Positions 25,706-34,515 of a stretch of 35,614 bases of DNA are shown one piece after another. The notes beneath the pieces were generated by a model, which saw nothing but the letters and a program-made list of their open reading frames with translations, ran no database searches and was not told where the DNA came from. Source of the DNA: a virus. Taxonomy: Duplodnaviria; Caudoviricetes. Where the stretch lies: the IMG/VR virus record IMGVR_UViG_3300020044_003831, positions 1 to 35,614 of that record. The stretch is one strand, 5' to 3'. Each line of letters starts with the position of its first letter. Within the stretch, counting starts at the first letter, position 1. Both the position numbers and the translations under genes were made by a program.

Positions 25706-28008
25706 GATGTGATTCCTTGTAGTTCAGCGTTAGTCAGTCGGCGGGGGTAGTAGGCGATGCGCTTAAGATGACCGTTAAAATCATTTCCACCACCAATAGA
25801 ACTATTGAATTGTGCAGAAGTTGCCAATGGAACAGTTCCCGAAGTGTCTGTTGTTCCGGCAACACCAGCAGCAGCGGCATTGAAATCGTTTAACTTGTAT
25901 GCACCAGCTAGTTTGACGGGGACGTTTGCTGTAACCGCAGAAAATGAGTAACTAGCCTGCGCAGCCCCCCCCGAGACAACAAGGAAACGAGAAAGACCTG
26001 AAGTGTTAACACCAAGACCAATTGAGTTATTGCCATCTGTACCGATAGAAAAACAATAGTCGTTTGAAGTCAGTCCCAACCAATCAAAATCTGAGAACAA
26101 AGTCCCCTCGGTAGCGTTGTACCACCGAGCAAAGTTATTCCCGATCATCGAGGCACTGTCAGCAGCCCGAGTGACTTGGGAGGCCACGGTTGGGATGTAG
26201 CTGGTGGCAAATGCTCCGGCTTCCAGTTGAGCGCCCCATACAGTGATTGACCCGGCATCGGCCAAACTTGAGTTAATAAAACCCACGTTTGTTACGTCTG
26301 TTCCAGTAGTGGTTATGGAATACCGTGTCAGAGTAGGCGTTAATGTAATGTTTGCAGTGGCGGTAGAACCCGACGAATTAAAGATAATCAAACGTGCGTT
26401 TTTTGCCGTTGTTGAAGACATCCAGGCGCTAAATGTCCAAGTTCCGGTGGTCTGCGGGGCATTTCGGTAAATACAAGACGAAGCGTTTGCAGTAAAGTCA
26501 ATTCTTGATGCACTTAATGTCCCATCAGCACCGTTCGACGTATTGCCAGTCACAACAGCAGAGTTCAAAGACTGCCAAATATTGGTGGCTGTTATTGCTT
26601 GAGAGTATAAAGCCAAGTTCGTCCGCTGCTCCTCGATCAGCAAGCCCTTGGGAGCCAGCGTCACAGGGTCATAGTCAAACCGTGGGCCGTAGTAGGCCGT
26701 AGACGTTGGAGCCTCTACAGGGTTGTAGACGTAGGGATCAACAGAGGCAGAGTCGGACAGTTGAGCACCGAAGATGTAGATGCCACTGGTGCCGTCGCCA
26801 AGGTAAATTTCTGTACCGTCAGTAGCTTGTAATGTCGGCGTAGCGGAAGAAGTCAACATGAAGATTGCGTTAACAATAGCTGTGCCAGTGGCTGTTAAAG
26901 AACAGCGATACCAGCCATTGCCGACACTTTGGATGGTTGGTGTAACCCCTGTCAGAGTGCTCCCACTTCCATTGCTGGTCCGGGACACAACACCTGTTGC
27001 CAGATTGAACACCACAGTAACCCAGTTGTTGGCTGCAATGTAGTAGCGAATAGCGAAAGTAGAGCGTTCGGCACTCTTTGCAAACATGGAAACCGTATAT
27101 GGTCCCGTAGTTGTCAAGCCTTGAAAAACAAAATGTGAAGTAGTAGCAGTGTTCTCCACCAACTTCTGAGCAAACGGTTGACCGTAGATGTCATCAACCT
27201 TTGTAGCACTGATAGAGGCATTGCTCTTAGTCCACGCAGCGTTGTCAAAGTGCTCGGTGTAGCCCAGCAGGTTCTTGACCGTGGTGGGGTTGTACGTGGT
27301 GGCTGTGGAGCCTAGTTCGAGTTGGGCGCCCCAGACAAATGCGCCTGATGTGCCGTCTCCGGTGTAGGTTGGGCTTTTTTGCAAGCCTGTTGCGTTACTT
27401 AAATTTACGCGAATGTTGACAGTTGTGTTTGTATCTGTCGTTCCACTAATTGAACAACGATACCAGCCGTTCCCAACAGAAGTGATTACGGTTTGCCCGC
27501 GTGTCCAACCGGTATCAGCGGCGTAATCCCAATACTGATTTGTTGAAACATCAAAGTTTGTGTAAAGACCGAGGCCACCTTGCTCCATTGATAAAACAAA
27601 ATATCGACCGACTGGTTTGACGTATACGGAATACGTCATTACGGCGCTTGCGGGTTTTGAAATTGTCACAACGCGCAGGCGGTGTTCCGTGTTGCCTGTA
27701 TCTTCAATCAGCTTGTCGGCAGTTGTTGTTCCGTCAGGCGCAACCGAACTATTTGCCGTGACAGTTGATCCTGTTTTTAACCAAGCAGCATTATCAAACT
27801 GCTCCGAGAACGTCAGCAGGTTCATCGGCGCATTGGCAACCAAGCCAGCCGAGTTCGTCAGCGTGGCGTTGGTTGTGCGGCTGAAGGTGACTCGGCGGTC
27901 AAGGGTGCGATTTCCAGATGTGAAGTCCAGATTCAGCGCCGAACCACGAAAACCACCGCCGAGGCCAAGAATCGCCTGGGTGAATACGGAAAAGCCGAAG
28001 CCAATCAT
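25702..28008 (-). CDS. Head spike fibre protein (RcGTA Rcc01080-like) with three carbohydrate-binding-like repeats
   Basis: N-terminal MIGFGFS.. docking-type peptide; three NLL..SE.F...GAQLE...T.Y.PT units; PRFDYDP...GLLIEEQRTN; C-terminal LamG-like domain. Confidence 0.75.
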   Translation of the reverse strand: MIGFGFSVFTQAILGLGGGFRGSALNLDFTSGNRTLDRRVTFSRTTNATLTNSAGLVANAPMNLLTFSEQFDNAAWLKTGSTVTANSSVAPDGTTTADKLIEDTGNTEHRLRVVTISKPASAVMTYSVYVKPVGRYFVLSMEQGGLGLYTNFDVSTNQYWDYAADTGWTRGQTVITSVGNGWYRCSISGTTDTNTTVNIRVNLSNATGLQKSPTYTGDGTSGAFVWGAQLELGSTATTYNPTTVKNLLGYTEHFDNAAWTKSNASISATKVDDIYGQPFAQKLVENTATTSHFVFQGLTTTGPYTVSMFAKSAERSTFAIRYYIAANNWVTVVFNLATGVVSRTSNGSGSTLTGVTPTIQSVGNGWYRCSLTATGTAIVNAIFMLTSSATPTLQATDGTEIYLGDGTSGIYIFGAQLSDSASVDPYVYNPVEAPTSTAYYGPRFDYDPVTLAPKGLLIEEQRTNLALYSQAITATNIWQSLNSAVVTGNTSNGADGTLSASRIDFTANASSCIYRNAPQTTGTWTFSAWMSSTTAKNARLIIFNSSGSTATANITLTPTLTRYSITTTGTDVTNVGFINSSLADAGSITVWGAQLEAGAFATSYIPTVASQVTRAADSASMIGNNFARWYNATEGTLFSDFDWLGLTSNDYCFSIGTDGNNSIGLGVNTSGLSRFLVVSGGAAQASYSFSAVTANVPVKLAGAYKLNDFNAAAAGVAGTTDTSGTVPLATSAQFNSSIGGGNDFNGHLKRIAYYPRRLTNAELQGITS

Positions 28009-28017
28009 GTCAATCCT

Positions 28018-28743
28018 TTAAGCCGGTGCAATTACGGTTACAGTGCCGCTTGAGCCTTTGTATTTCAACGCGCCAGCCTCAACGTACATCACGCCGCCGC
28101 CCGTTGGTGTGGCTGGTGCGGTTGTGTTGGGCAATGGCAAAACGCTGGAGTTTTCCCAGTACGTGTTCGCATCGTTGCGTTTGAGGATCTGCTTTGCGGC
28201 CACGTTGGTCTCAAGCACATCGTGAAGCTCGCCCAACTCGTAGCCGTTTTGGGTGTGAATGTGGATGATGCCGCCGCCAGCAGATCCACCCTTGACCACG
28301 TAGCCGATCATCACCAGGTGATTCGGTGCGACTGGCTTTGTCTTGGTAATGCCGCCTGCAACAGTTGACGACAACCAAAGAACATCGCCATCCGCATAGC
28401 CCGAGGTGCTGATCCCAGTGACCTCAAGGCCGCTGGTCGCAATGAAGCCCTCAGCGCCGTTGGCAATGTTGGTCAGCGCCACTCCCAAGATGGTCGCGGA
28501 TGTCTGGTCGCCAGTGCCAATCGCAAGGGCCACGGTCATGCGCGTGCCTTGCGAGCCGGTGACGTACACCACTTGGCCCTTGTTGATTTGCGAGCCGGTC
28601 AGGTTGACGACGGTCGTCAGTGGCATGAATTTGCTGGCAGGCGTGCGCACGGACACGCCGCCCTGCACCACCATCACCAACTCATTGCCGGTCAACTCGG
28701 CAGCGGCTGACAACTCGCTGACTTTGAGCGTTGGCGCTGTCAT
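28018..28743 (-). CDS. Accessory fibre/decoration protein
   Basis: N-terminal KVSEL..A..LTG.E...VVQGG; I.KG..VY..G...GD.L.LS cement-like domain; L.ELHDV; C-terminal TP..GGV.YV..GALKY.GSSGT. Confidence 0.65.
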   Translation of the reverse strand: MTAPTLKVSELSAAAELTGNELVMVVQGGVSVRTPASKFMPLTTVVNLTGSQINKGQVVYVTGSQGTRMTVALAIGTGDQTSATILGVALTNIANGAEGFIATSGLEVTGISTSGYADGDVLWLSSTVAGGITKTKPVAPNHLVMIGYVVKGGSAGGGIIHIHTQNGYELGELHDVLETNVAAKQILKRNDANTYWENSSVLPLPNTTAPATPTGGGVMYVEAGALKYKGSSGTVTVIAPA

Positions 28744-28744
28744 G

Positions 28745-29014
28745 TCAGATCATCGCAACGATGCCGGTGGCGCTCGTTCCGGTGGCGCGGACGATTTTGG
28801 CGCGGACTGGGATGATTGCGCCCGAGGTCACGGTCAGCGACACGGCTGCGGTGTCCTCTTGGGCAATGATGGAGATCGTGCCGCCAACGCCAACGTAAAG
28901 CGCCTTGGGCACGAAGTCGAGTTCGTTGGTGTCGTGGGGCGTGATAGCGCGAAGGCGCTTGGCGGGCAGTTCGGCGGCATCGCCTCGCTGTGCTTGAGTG
29001 TCGATTGCTGGCAT
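28745..29014 (-). CDS. Head spike base protein (RcGTA Rcc01079-like)
   Basis: PA....AITPHD..EL....KALYVG.GG.I......G.IIPVR...VRATGT.AT.IVA signature; GGAGG RBS. Confidence 0.85.
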   Translation of the reverse strand: MPAIDTQAQRGDAAELPAKRLRAITPHDTNELDFVPKALYVGVGGTISIIAQEDTAAVSLTVTSGAIIPVRAKIVRATGTSATGIVAMI

Positions 29015-29058
29015 TGGATGGCCTCCAGTTGGTCAAGTTTGCGGCATTTTAGGCCGGA

Positions 29059-30282
29059 TTACAAAAATTCCATAACGATGTCGGCTTTGGGTGACCTGAT
29101 GAGCGGCGCTAGGGAATAGCGAACGGCATCCCAACAATGGTTATGCGCATCGACGATTTCAGGCAGGATATCACCCGATAGCCGGTCAACCTTGTAGCTG
29201 TAAAGCCTTGATTCCTTGATTGTCTCCACGCATCGAGGGTGAATGATGATTTCCCCGTACCCCCTCATGTGAGCCACGCCATCCTCAACCGATCCCGGCC
29301 ACTTCTTGACTCCCTCAATGCGCGGCAGGCCTTTTCTCTTGAGATAGCTGATTGTCTCTGGCCGCGCAGAATCAGCCCGAATAACGTGATTTTCGATGCC
29401 TGGAACGTGTTTTTTCAGGAAATCCGCTGTCTCGTCAATCTCAAGCGAAACCCTATAGGCTTCGTATTCAATGTAAAGATTGCCAGCATTGACCCAGCAT
29501 TTGACCGCCGTTGTCGGGTCTTGAGCGAATCCCCAATCCGCGCCATGATATGGCCCATCCCAATCGGCCCCAGGCGTAAATTCAGCGACTTTGACTTTGC
29601 GGGCCAGCACTTGTGAATCACTGTTTTGCAGGTAAGCGCCTTCCCAGATATGCGCGTATGTGGCCGGGTCAAGTGTTGTTTGCTGGTGTTTGCGCAGCTT
29701 ATCAAGCCCCGGGGGAAACCATGGATTGTCGCCATGGTTCATTTCCACCACCATCGCGCCCTCTGGCTTTGCCTTCCTGAATCGTGAATCAACCGGACTG
29801 CCTTCAAGGCGCGGATTCCAGATAACCCACATCTCTGACTTGAGTTGACGAAAAACCGTGGCCTCAAGCGCAAGCCATGATGCCTCTAGCACATCTTCGG
29901 CTTCTTCAACAATGGTCAAGTCAATCTTGGCCAACGATTTGATTGACCCTGTGTTGTGCCTTAACCCCCTGAAAATGAATTCAGTCCCATTTTTGCCCTT
30001 GAGATAGTCGATGCCAACATCGTAGTTGGCCTCAAGCCACGGGTAAGCAGAGATGGCCGCTTTCAGTTCGGCGTGGAATGATTCTTTGATGCTGGCCTGC
30101 AAGTCACGGGCGCAAAGTACCCGGATGGGCTCAGCATAGCCCCAGATTGCGGCCATCAAAGCAAAAGAGAATGACTTTGCAGATCCACGGCCACCACGGG
30201 CGCATCGGTATTGCAACTGGCCCCGCTGAGGCTCAAACAGCGGGATTAGCTTTGGCGGTAGTTCAACCGTGGCGGATGTCAC
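29059..30282 (-). CDS. terL: Terminase large subunit (PBSX/SPP1-like)
   Basis: GGRGSAKS Walker A; VEEAE Walker B; WNP; GADWGF..DP; ADSARPE; NH.WDAVRY. Confidence 0.95.
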   Translation of the reverse strand: MTSATVELPPKLIPLFEPQRGQLQYRCARGGRGSAKSFSFALMAAIWGYAEPIRVLCARDLQASIKESFHAELKAAISAYPWLEANYDVGIDYLKGKNGTEFIFRGLRHNTGSIKSLAKIDLTIVEEAEDVLEASWLALEATVFRQLKSEMWVIWNPRLEGSPVDSRFRKAKPEGAMVVEMNHGDNPWFPPGLDKLRKHQQTTLDPATYAHIWEGAYLQNSDSQVLARKVKVAEFTPGADWDGPYHGADWGFAQDPTTAVKCWVNAGNLYIEYEAYRVSLEIDETADFLKKHVPGIENHVIRADSARPETISYLKRKGLPRIEGVKKWPGSVEDGVAHMRGYGEIIIHPRCVETIKESRLYSYKVDRLSGDILPEIVDAHNHCWDAVRYSLAPLIRSPKADIVMEFL

Positions 30283-30665
30283 TTCTTGGCGACAATCTGA
30301 ATGACGGATGGTTTCAAGCTGCCATCCGAGTTTGTCAGGTCAACCTTTTGCGCGGCGTTGAATCCGTGCATCGCATTAAGCTCTTTAACGGCTGCAACCT
30401 TGGCAGAGGCGTTGCCCTCTTGGTACGCCTCCAAAAGCGCTGCAACGCTCCTCTCGCGCGTCCAAAGGGCCTTTTGAGTGAGTTTCTCGCGCAGTTCTGC
30501 GACCCTTCCCTTAATCTCACCATCAGCCATCAACTCCGATGCGCGGGAATAGATTGTCTCAACTTTCATTTTGTCAGCACTGAATGCGGCTCTGTATGCA
30601 TCCGCCTGCGTCATGCCATCGGCCACGCATTGTGCAAACTTTTCACGCCTTGCTGTAAGACTCAT
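30279..30665 (-). CDS. terS: Terminase small subunit
   Basis: LT.RREKFAQ....G.TQADAYR.AF..AS.L HTH motif; overlaps the terL start. Confidence 0.88.
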   Translation of the reverse strand: MSLTARREKFAQCVADGMTQADAYRAAFSADKMKVETIYSRASELMADGEIKGRVAELREKLTQKALWTRERSVAALLEAYQEGNASAKVAAVKELNAMHGFNAAQKVDLTNSDGSLKPSVIQIVAKK

Positions 30666-30843
30666 AATTTTTACCTTTTGACCGTTCCCAAATTTGCACC
30701 TTACAACTTACGGCCTTCCGGCGCTTGGCCTCTCAGCGCCATGAGTTCTCATGCGGGTGACGCTGGTCTGACATTTGGGCTTTTTAGCAAGTGGTCAACC
30801 TCGCTTGAAAGTATTGGAAAGCCCCGCCAATCAAGCCTCTATT

Positions 30844-31092
30844 TTATTCGTTTTCCGCTGTCGGATGTGGGCAATTTTCAGGCGGAATGACAATACACCA
30901 GACCGCCTCAAACTGCCCACGCGCTGCCCGCTTTTGAATCCACCGGTCGATGTAGACGTCCGGCATTTGGATCAGGTTGTTGCGGATGACGTCCTGGCTT
31001 GCGCCGAAGTATTCCGCAATGCTTGAAGTCGCCATGCCATCATCGCATTGCCTGAGCAATTTGCGGATTTCTGGCAGTCGTGACGCTCTCAT
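30844..31092 (-). CDS. Small HTH-like protein
   Basis: IR.LLR...DGM....IA...MPDVYIDRW...AVW....PENCP.P; immediately upstream of the packaging operon. Confidence 0.7.
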   Translation of the reverse strand: MRASRLPEIRKLLRQCDDGMATSSIAEYFGASQDVIRNNLIQMPDVYIDRWIQKRAARGQFEAVWCIVIPPENCPHPTAENE

Positions 31093-31322
31093 AGCCCCAA
31101 TTGTCGCAGCGCGGCTTGCAATCCTGCAACACCACCAACACGCTGACCGTCAATCGTGATTTGCGGCATTCCCTTGGCGTCTGGGTACATTCGCTGGAAT
31201 GCGGACATCAAGGCGGGCTCATCCAGGCTTTCCTCGTTGAATGCCAAACCTCTTTGATTCAGGATTTTTTTGGCTGTCATGCAGCCTGAGCATCCTGATT
31301 TTGAATAAAGATGGATTTTCAT
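31089..31322 (-). CDS. Glutaredoxin
   Basis: YSKSGCSGC (CxxC), AK..L, MPQI.IDG..VGG; ATGA coupling. Confidence 0.85.
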   Translation of the reverse strand: MKIHLYSKSGCSGCMTAKKILNQRGLAFNEESLDEPALMSAFQRMYPDAKGMPQITIDGQRVGGVAGLQAALRQLGL

Positions 31323-32161
31323 GCATCCCCCTTGATGCCGTGGGTGGTTTCGATGTCTTTGGCTTGGGTCATGCCTTCTTTGTAGCCCAGCTGCCACGCT
31401 TCATAGCACTCGCCCGGTGTGTAAGGATTTTCGATTTCTTCCTTGCGCCGGTAAGCCTGCTGCCCCTTGCCGACACCTTGCTCGTAGGCCGTCGTGATCA
31501 TCAGCACAGACAGCGGCTTGCGCTGTGCTGGTGGGGCTGTGTAGAGGGGTGTGTGCTTGGCAAACGGAATGCTTGTCTTGTGAAAATCAACGCTACGGCT
31601 GGAATACCCCCCGCCGTTATTGACTTCGTGCATCCACGCAACAGGTTCTTGTTGCACTGGCGGAAGTGCATAAAGAGGGCGGACATAGTGCTGTGTTTGA
31701 TGCTTGCTGAAATCCATACTCCAGTATTTCACTTCGCCTGCAACCGTCCACGCCACAGGCTCCTGCTGCACGGGTGCTGGCTGCGGGGCAACCATCTTTT
31801 CAAGACGCATATTCTCAACCTCTTGCTCTTGCATTGCGCGGATTGCTCGCTCAATGAATGTGCCGTCCTCAATCCAGCCTTTGATGGCCTCTTGCGTGGA
31901 CGGTTTTAATCCAGATAGGTCAGGCTCCTGCTTACGTGGCTCCGTCACTGGTGCTGGCTGCTCAGTACCCGATGATTCCTCGGCCAGTGCTTCGCGGATG
32001 GCGGCGATGGCGGGCAATGCTTTCTCCCGAAACTCTTGCAAATCCACGTAATCACCAGTTGCTGTCGGATGGAATTGACGAAAAATGTTTGCCCGAGCCA
32101 TGTTGTATTGAGTCAAGGTTTCAAACGCATCCAGCGCCAGTTTCATTGCTTCTTTGCTCAT
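31319..32161 (-). CDS. Modular accessory protein (QEPVAW-linker family, 280 aa)
   Basis: KEAMKLAL start; QEPVAW x2; PLY..PP x2; ends HGIKG. Confidence 0.8.
   Translation of the reverse strand: MSKEAMKLALDAFETLTQYNMARANIFRQFHPTATGDYVDLQEFREKALPAIAAIREALAEESSGTEQPAPVTEPRKQEPDLSGLKPSTQEAIKGWIEDGTFIERAIRAMQEQEVENMRLEKMVAPQPAPVQQEPVAWTVAGEVKYWSMDFSKHQTQHYVRPLYALPPVQQEPVAWMHEVNNGGGYSSRSVDFHKTSIPFAKHTPLYTAPPAQRKPLSVLMITTAYEQGVGKGQQAYRRKEEIENPYTPGECYEAWQLGYKEGMTQAKDIETTHGIKGDA
31512..31543. repeat. 32-bp direct repeat, copy 1 (copy 2 at 32288-32319)
   Basis: agcggcttgcgctgtgctggtggggctgtgta is identical in two adjacent genes. Confidence 0.92.
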
Positions 32162-32688
32162 GTGTTCTCCTTGACGCCGTGGACTGCCAATACCTGCATC
32201 GCGTAATCGGTCAAGTCAGACTTCGAAAATCCAAGGTGTTCGCCATTCCAATACGGACTCGGATGCTTAGGCCACTCATCTTTTGGAAGCGGCTTGCGCT
32301 GTGCTGGTGGGGCTGTGTACACGGCACTCCAACCGTAAAGTTTTGCTTCTTCCTCTGTAAATTCGCATAAATGCACAAAGTTGCGTGCTTGAGTCATCCA
32401 CGCCACAGGTTCCTGCACAGGCTCATAGTCCAGCCCCAACTCTCTGGCGTTCTCTGCCATACGGTCAAGGGCTGAATCTGCAAGGGCTTGCTTGATGGTG
32501 GTAGATGTCTTTTCCCAAGAGTCGGCAACATCAATACAACTGCGGTATTCCATTTCTTCGCGCCACAGTTTTATGGCCTCATCCAATGCCGCCAGCGCCA
32601 GCTTCAATGCTTCGTCTTTGGTCGGCTGCTTAGGCACACACCCATTCTTCAGGCAGTGCGCGACTGTTTCGCATTGGTCGCAGATCAT
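32158..32688 (-). CDS. Modular accessory protein (QEPVAW-linker family, 176 aa)
   Basis: CxxC..H.C...C start module; KDEALKLAL; QEPVAW; YTAPPAQRKPL; ends HGVKE. Confidence 0.8.
   Translation of the reverse strand: MICDQCETVAHCLKNGCVPKQPTKDEALKLALAALDEAIKLWREEMEYRSCIDVADSWEKTSTTIKQALADSALDRMAENARELGLDYEPVQEPVAWMTQARNFVHLCEFTEEEAKLYGWSAVYTAPPAQRKPLPKDEWPKHPSPYWNGEHLGFSKSDLTDYAMQVLAVHGVKENT
32288..32319. repeat. 32-bp direct repeat, copy 2
   Basis: Identical to 31512-31543. Confidence 0.92.
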
Positions 32689-32960
32689 GTGTTGCTCCTT
32701 GCTCGGATGACGTCTCGGTATGCAGCAGCACCTTGCCCCCAGCCTTCTTGATACGCTTCACCCCATGCGCTATTGCCCACCGGGGCCAGCACATCTTCGT
32801 GGTCGTGCAAGGCTTCGCAAACCTTGCGCTCGTCATCCCGGACAAGAGCTGCGAAGCGTTCAAGTGATTGACCGGACATCACGTATTCAACGTCACAGTT
32901 CTTCCTTTGCTGAGTCCATGCTCCAGCCTCGCGCGCCAAGGTCAATACGTCCTTGCTCAT
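32685..32960 (-). CDS. Hypothetical phage protein (AREAG...LERFAALV...IRAR type)
   Basis: ATGA coupling on both sides; recurrent small-protein motifs. Confidence 0.75.
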   Translation of the reverse strand: MSKDVLTLAREAGAWTQQRKNCDVEYVMSGQSLERFAALVRDDERKVCEALHDHEDVLAPVGNSAWGEAYQEGWGQGAAAYRDVIRARSNT

Positions 32961-33511
32961 ACATGCCTCCAGATTTTTTCGTTGCGGATACGACAAACCG
33001 TGCTGACGCTGACGCTGTACTTTTTTGCGATCAAAACACCAGACCCAATCGGCATTTCTGCAAGGTCAGTTTTTATTTTCCTTACAGTTTCTTCATCAAG
33101 CACGGATAGCCCATGCTTGCTGCCACGCGGTCTGCTTTCGGGTTTTGTATGCGTTCCGTTTTTGCATCCAGTTGCTTTTGTCCCGTGTAACACCTTGTCT
33201 GCTTCGTTTTCTTTGGCGGTTCCGTACACCAAGTTGCCTGATCGGTTGTTTGCTTTGTATCCATCAAGATGGCGAATTTGCAAACCTTTTGGTCTTGGCC
33301 CAATAAACACTTCAGCAACAAGCGAGTGAACGGACTTTGATTTGGTTTCACCGTTGATTTGCAAATGAACACGGCAATAGCCTTTGGCGGTAACTTGCTG
33401 CGCCATTCTTCTGCCTCGGTAGTTGTACACCTCTCCAATTTCGTCAACCCAATATCCCGGCGCAGATGGAATTGGTTTGGCACGCGCTATTGCAATGATG
33501 TCTTGGCTCAT
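32957..33511 (-). CDS. HNH homing endonuclease (NUMOD4-like N-terminus, C-terminal HTH)
   Basis: PGY.V...G.V, VHSLVAEVFIGPRP...IRHLDG.K.NN...NL.YGT..EN..D. Confidence 0.9.
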   Translation of the reverse strand: MSQDIIAIARAKPIPSAPGYWVDEIGEVYNYRGRRMAQQVTAKGYCRVHLQINGETKSKSVHSLVAEVFIGPRPKGLQIRHLDGYKANNRSGNLVYGTAKENEADKVLHGTKATGCKNGTHTKPESRPRGSKHGLSVLDEETVRKIKTDLAEMPIGSGVLIAKKYSVSVSTVCRIRNEKIWRHV

Positions 33512-33663
33512 GCTGTCACCTCATGCATGGCCCAGCCCAGCTGGAAGTAAGACCAGCGAGTCTGCAACTGGCCCAGGGTGTACTTGCCCGTGGCGCTCAT
33601 TGTGAAATCAGTGTGGCCTTTGGTGCGCATGATGGCCTCGAATACTCGTTGTGCGTGTGTCAT
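33508..33663 (-). CDS. Small hypothetical protein (51 aa)
   Basis: MTHAQRVFEAIMRTKGHTDFTMSATGKYTLGQLQTRWSYFQLGWAMHEVTA; ATGA overlaps. Confidence 0.7.
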   Translation of the reverse strand: MTHAQRVFEAIMRTKGHTDFTMSATGKYTLGQLQTRWSYFQLGWAMHEVTA

Positions 33664-33824
33664 GTTTCACTTTCAAATTTACGGCGGGTTTCTGCGCAGT
33701 CGCATTCCCGTCCTTGGTTGCAGTTTTGGTTACAGGCGCTTGGTTCGCGTGACAGATGCAGAATGCACATCAGCAAAACACCAACCCAAAAACCAATGAT
33801 GAATGCGGCAAATATCAGGCTCAT
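33660..33824 (-). CDS. Small membrane protein with Cys-rich tail (54 aa)
   Basis: MSLIFAAFIIGFWVGVLLMCILHL..CNQNCNQGRECDC; ATGA overlaps. Confidence 0.65.
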   Translation of the reverse strand: MSLIFAAFIIGFWVGVLLMCILHLSREPSACNQNCNQGRECDCAETRRKFESET

Positions 33825-34147
33825 GCGCCAATCCCTCGTGACTTGATTGCCATTGCGTTCATTGCGCCTGGTCGCGTTGGCGTGAATTCCTTGTAAATCA
33901 GCGGCTCGTAAACCCGGCCCGTGTTGATCGTCAGCTGGCCGATCCGGCTTAAGCCTTCCTGCGTCAGCTTGTATTTGCGCAGTTCGCCTGCCTTTTTAGG
34001 CAAGCCAACGATCAGGTGTTGCTGTTGCAAGTAGTTGGTCAGGCGGTGAAGCCCGGCCATGCCCAGGATGCGCTCCAAGGCCAAATAGTCTTGCGGGCCG
34101 TTCAGGTGCAGTGCGTTTAGGACGGCCATGTGTTTGACGCTGCTCAT
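33821..34147 (-). CDS. Winged-helix-like hypothetical protein
   Basis: VL.AL...GP...YKLTQEG pattern; GGAG RBS; ATGA overlap. Confidence 0.7.
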   Translation of the reverse strand: MSSVKHMAVLNALHLNGPQDYLALERILGMAGLHRLTNYLQQQHLIVGLPKKAGELRKYKLTQEGLSRIGQLTINTGRVYEPLIYKEFTPTRPGAMNAMAIKSRGIGA

Positions 34148-34515
34148 GCTTGCTCTCCGGTTGCTTTGGTGATTGCGGCGCGGGCTACCTTGAACGCACC
34201 ACGCAGTCCCGCATGATCTACGCAATCCCCGCATGGCGGCGCGATGTGGCACGAGCAATTTGGCTCTGGCGGTTCTTCCGTCATCTCTAAAAATTCCTGC
34301 ACTGCCTCCAGCAGATCAGGCGCTGCGGCAATTAGGCGGGCGTTGGCTTCTTGGATAGATCGGCGCTCATCGCTTACCGTCTCTGCAATCAATGTTGCGA
34401 CATCTGAGTAATGAGGTGTGTACGGCGCCCCGTCTGCCTGGCCGACATAGAAACACCAATCTCCATACTGCTCGCTGCGGCTGTATGTCCATGGCCCTGG
34501 TGTGTGCTCGCTCAT
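34144..34515 (-). CDS. Hypothetical protein (HTPGPW...ANARLIAAAPDLLEA type) with a Cys/His insert
   Basis: Framing motifs plus NCSCHIAPPCGDC. Confidence 0.78.
   Translation of the reverse strand: MSEHTPGPWTYSRSEQYGDWCFYVGQADGAPYTPHYSDVATLIAETVSDERRSIQEANARLIAAAPDLLEAVQEFLEMTEEPPEPNCSCHIAPPCGDCVDHAGLRGAFKVARAAITKATGEQA

Noticed and set aside
30700-30830. tRNA in the multi-hairpin region
   Set aside because: No T-loop GTTCRA, D-loop or acceptor-stem geometry was found.
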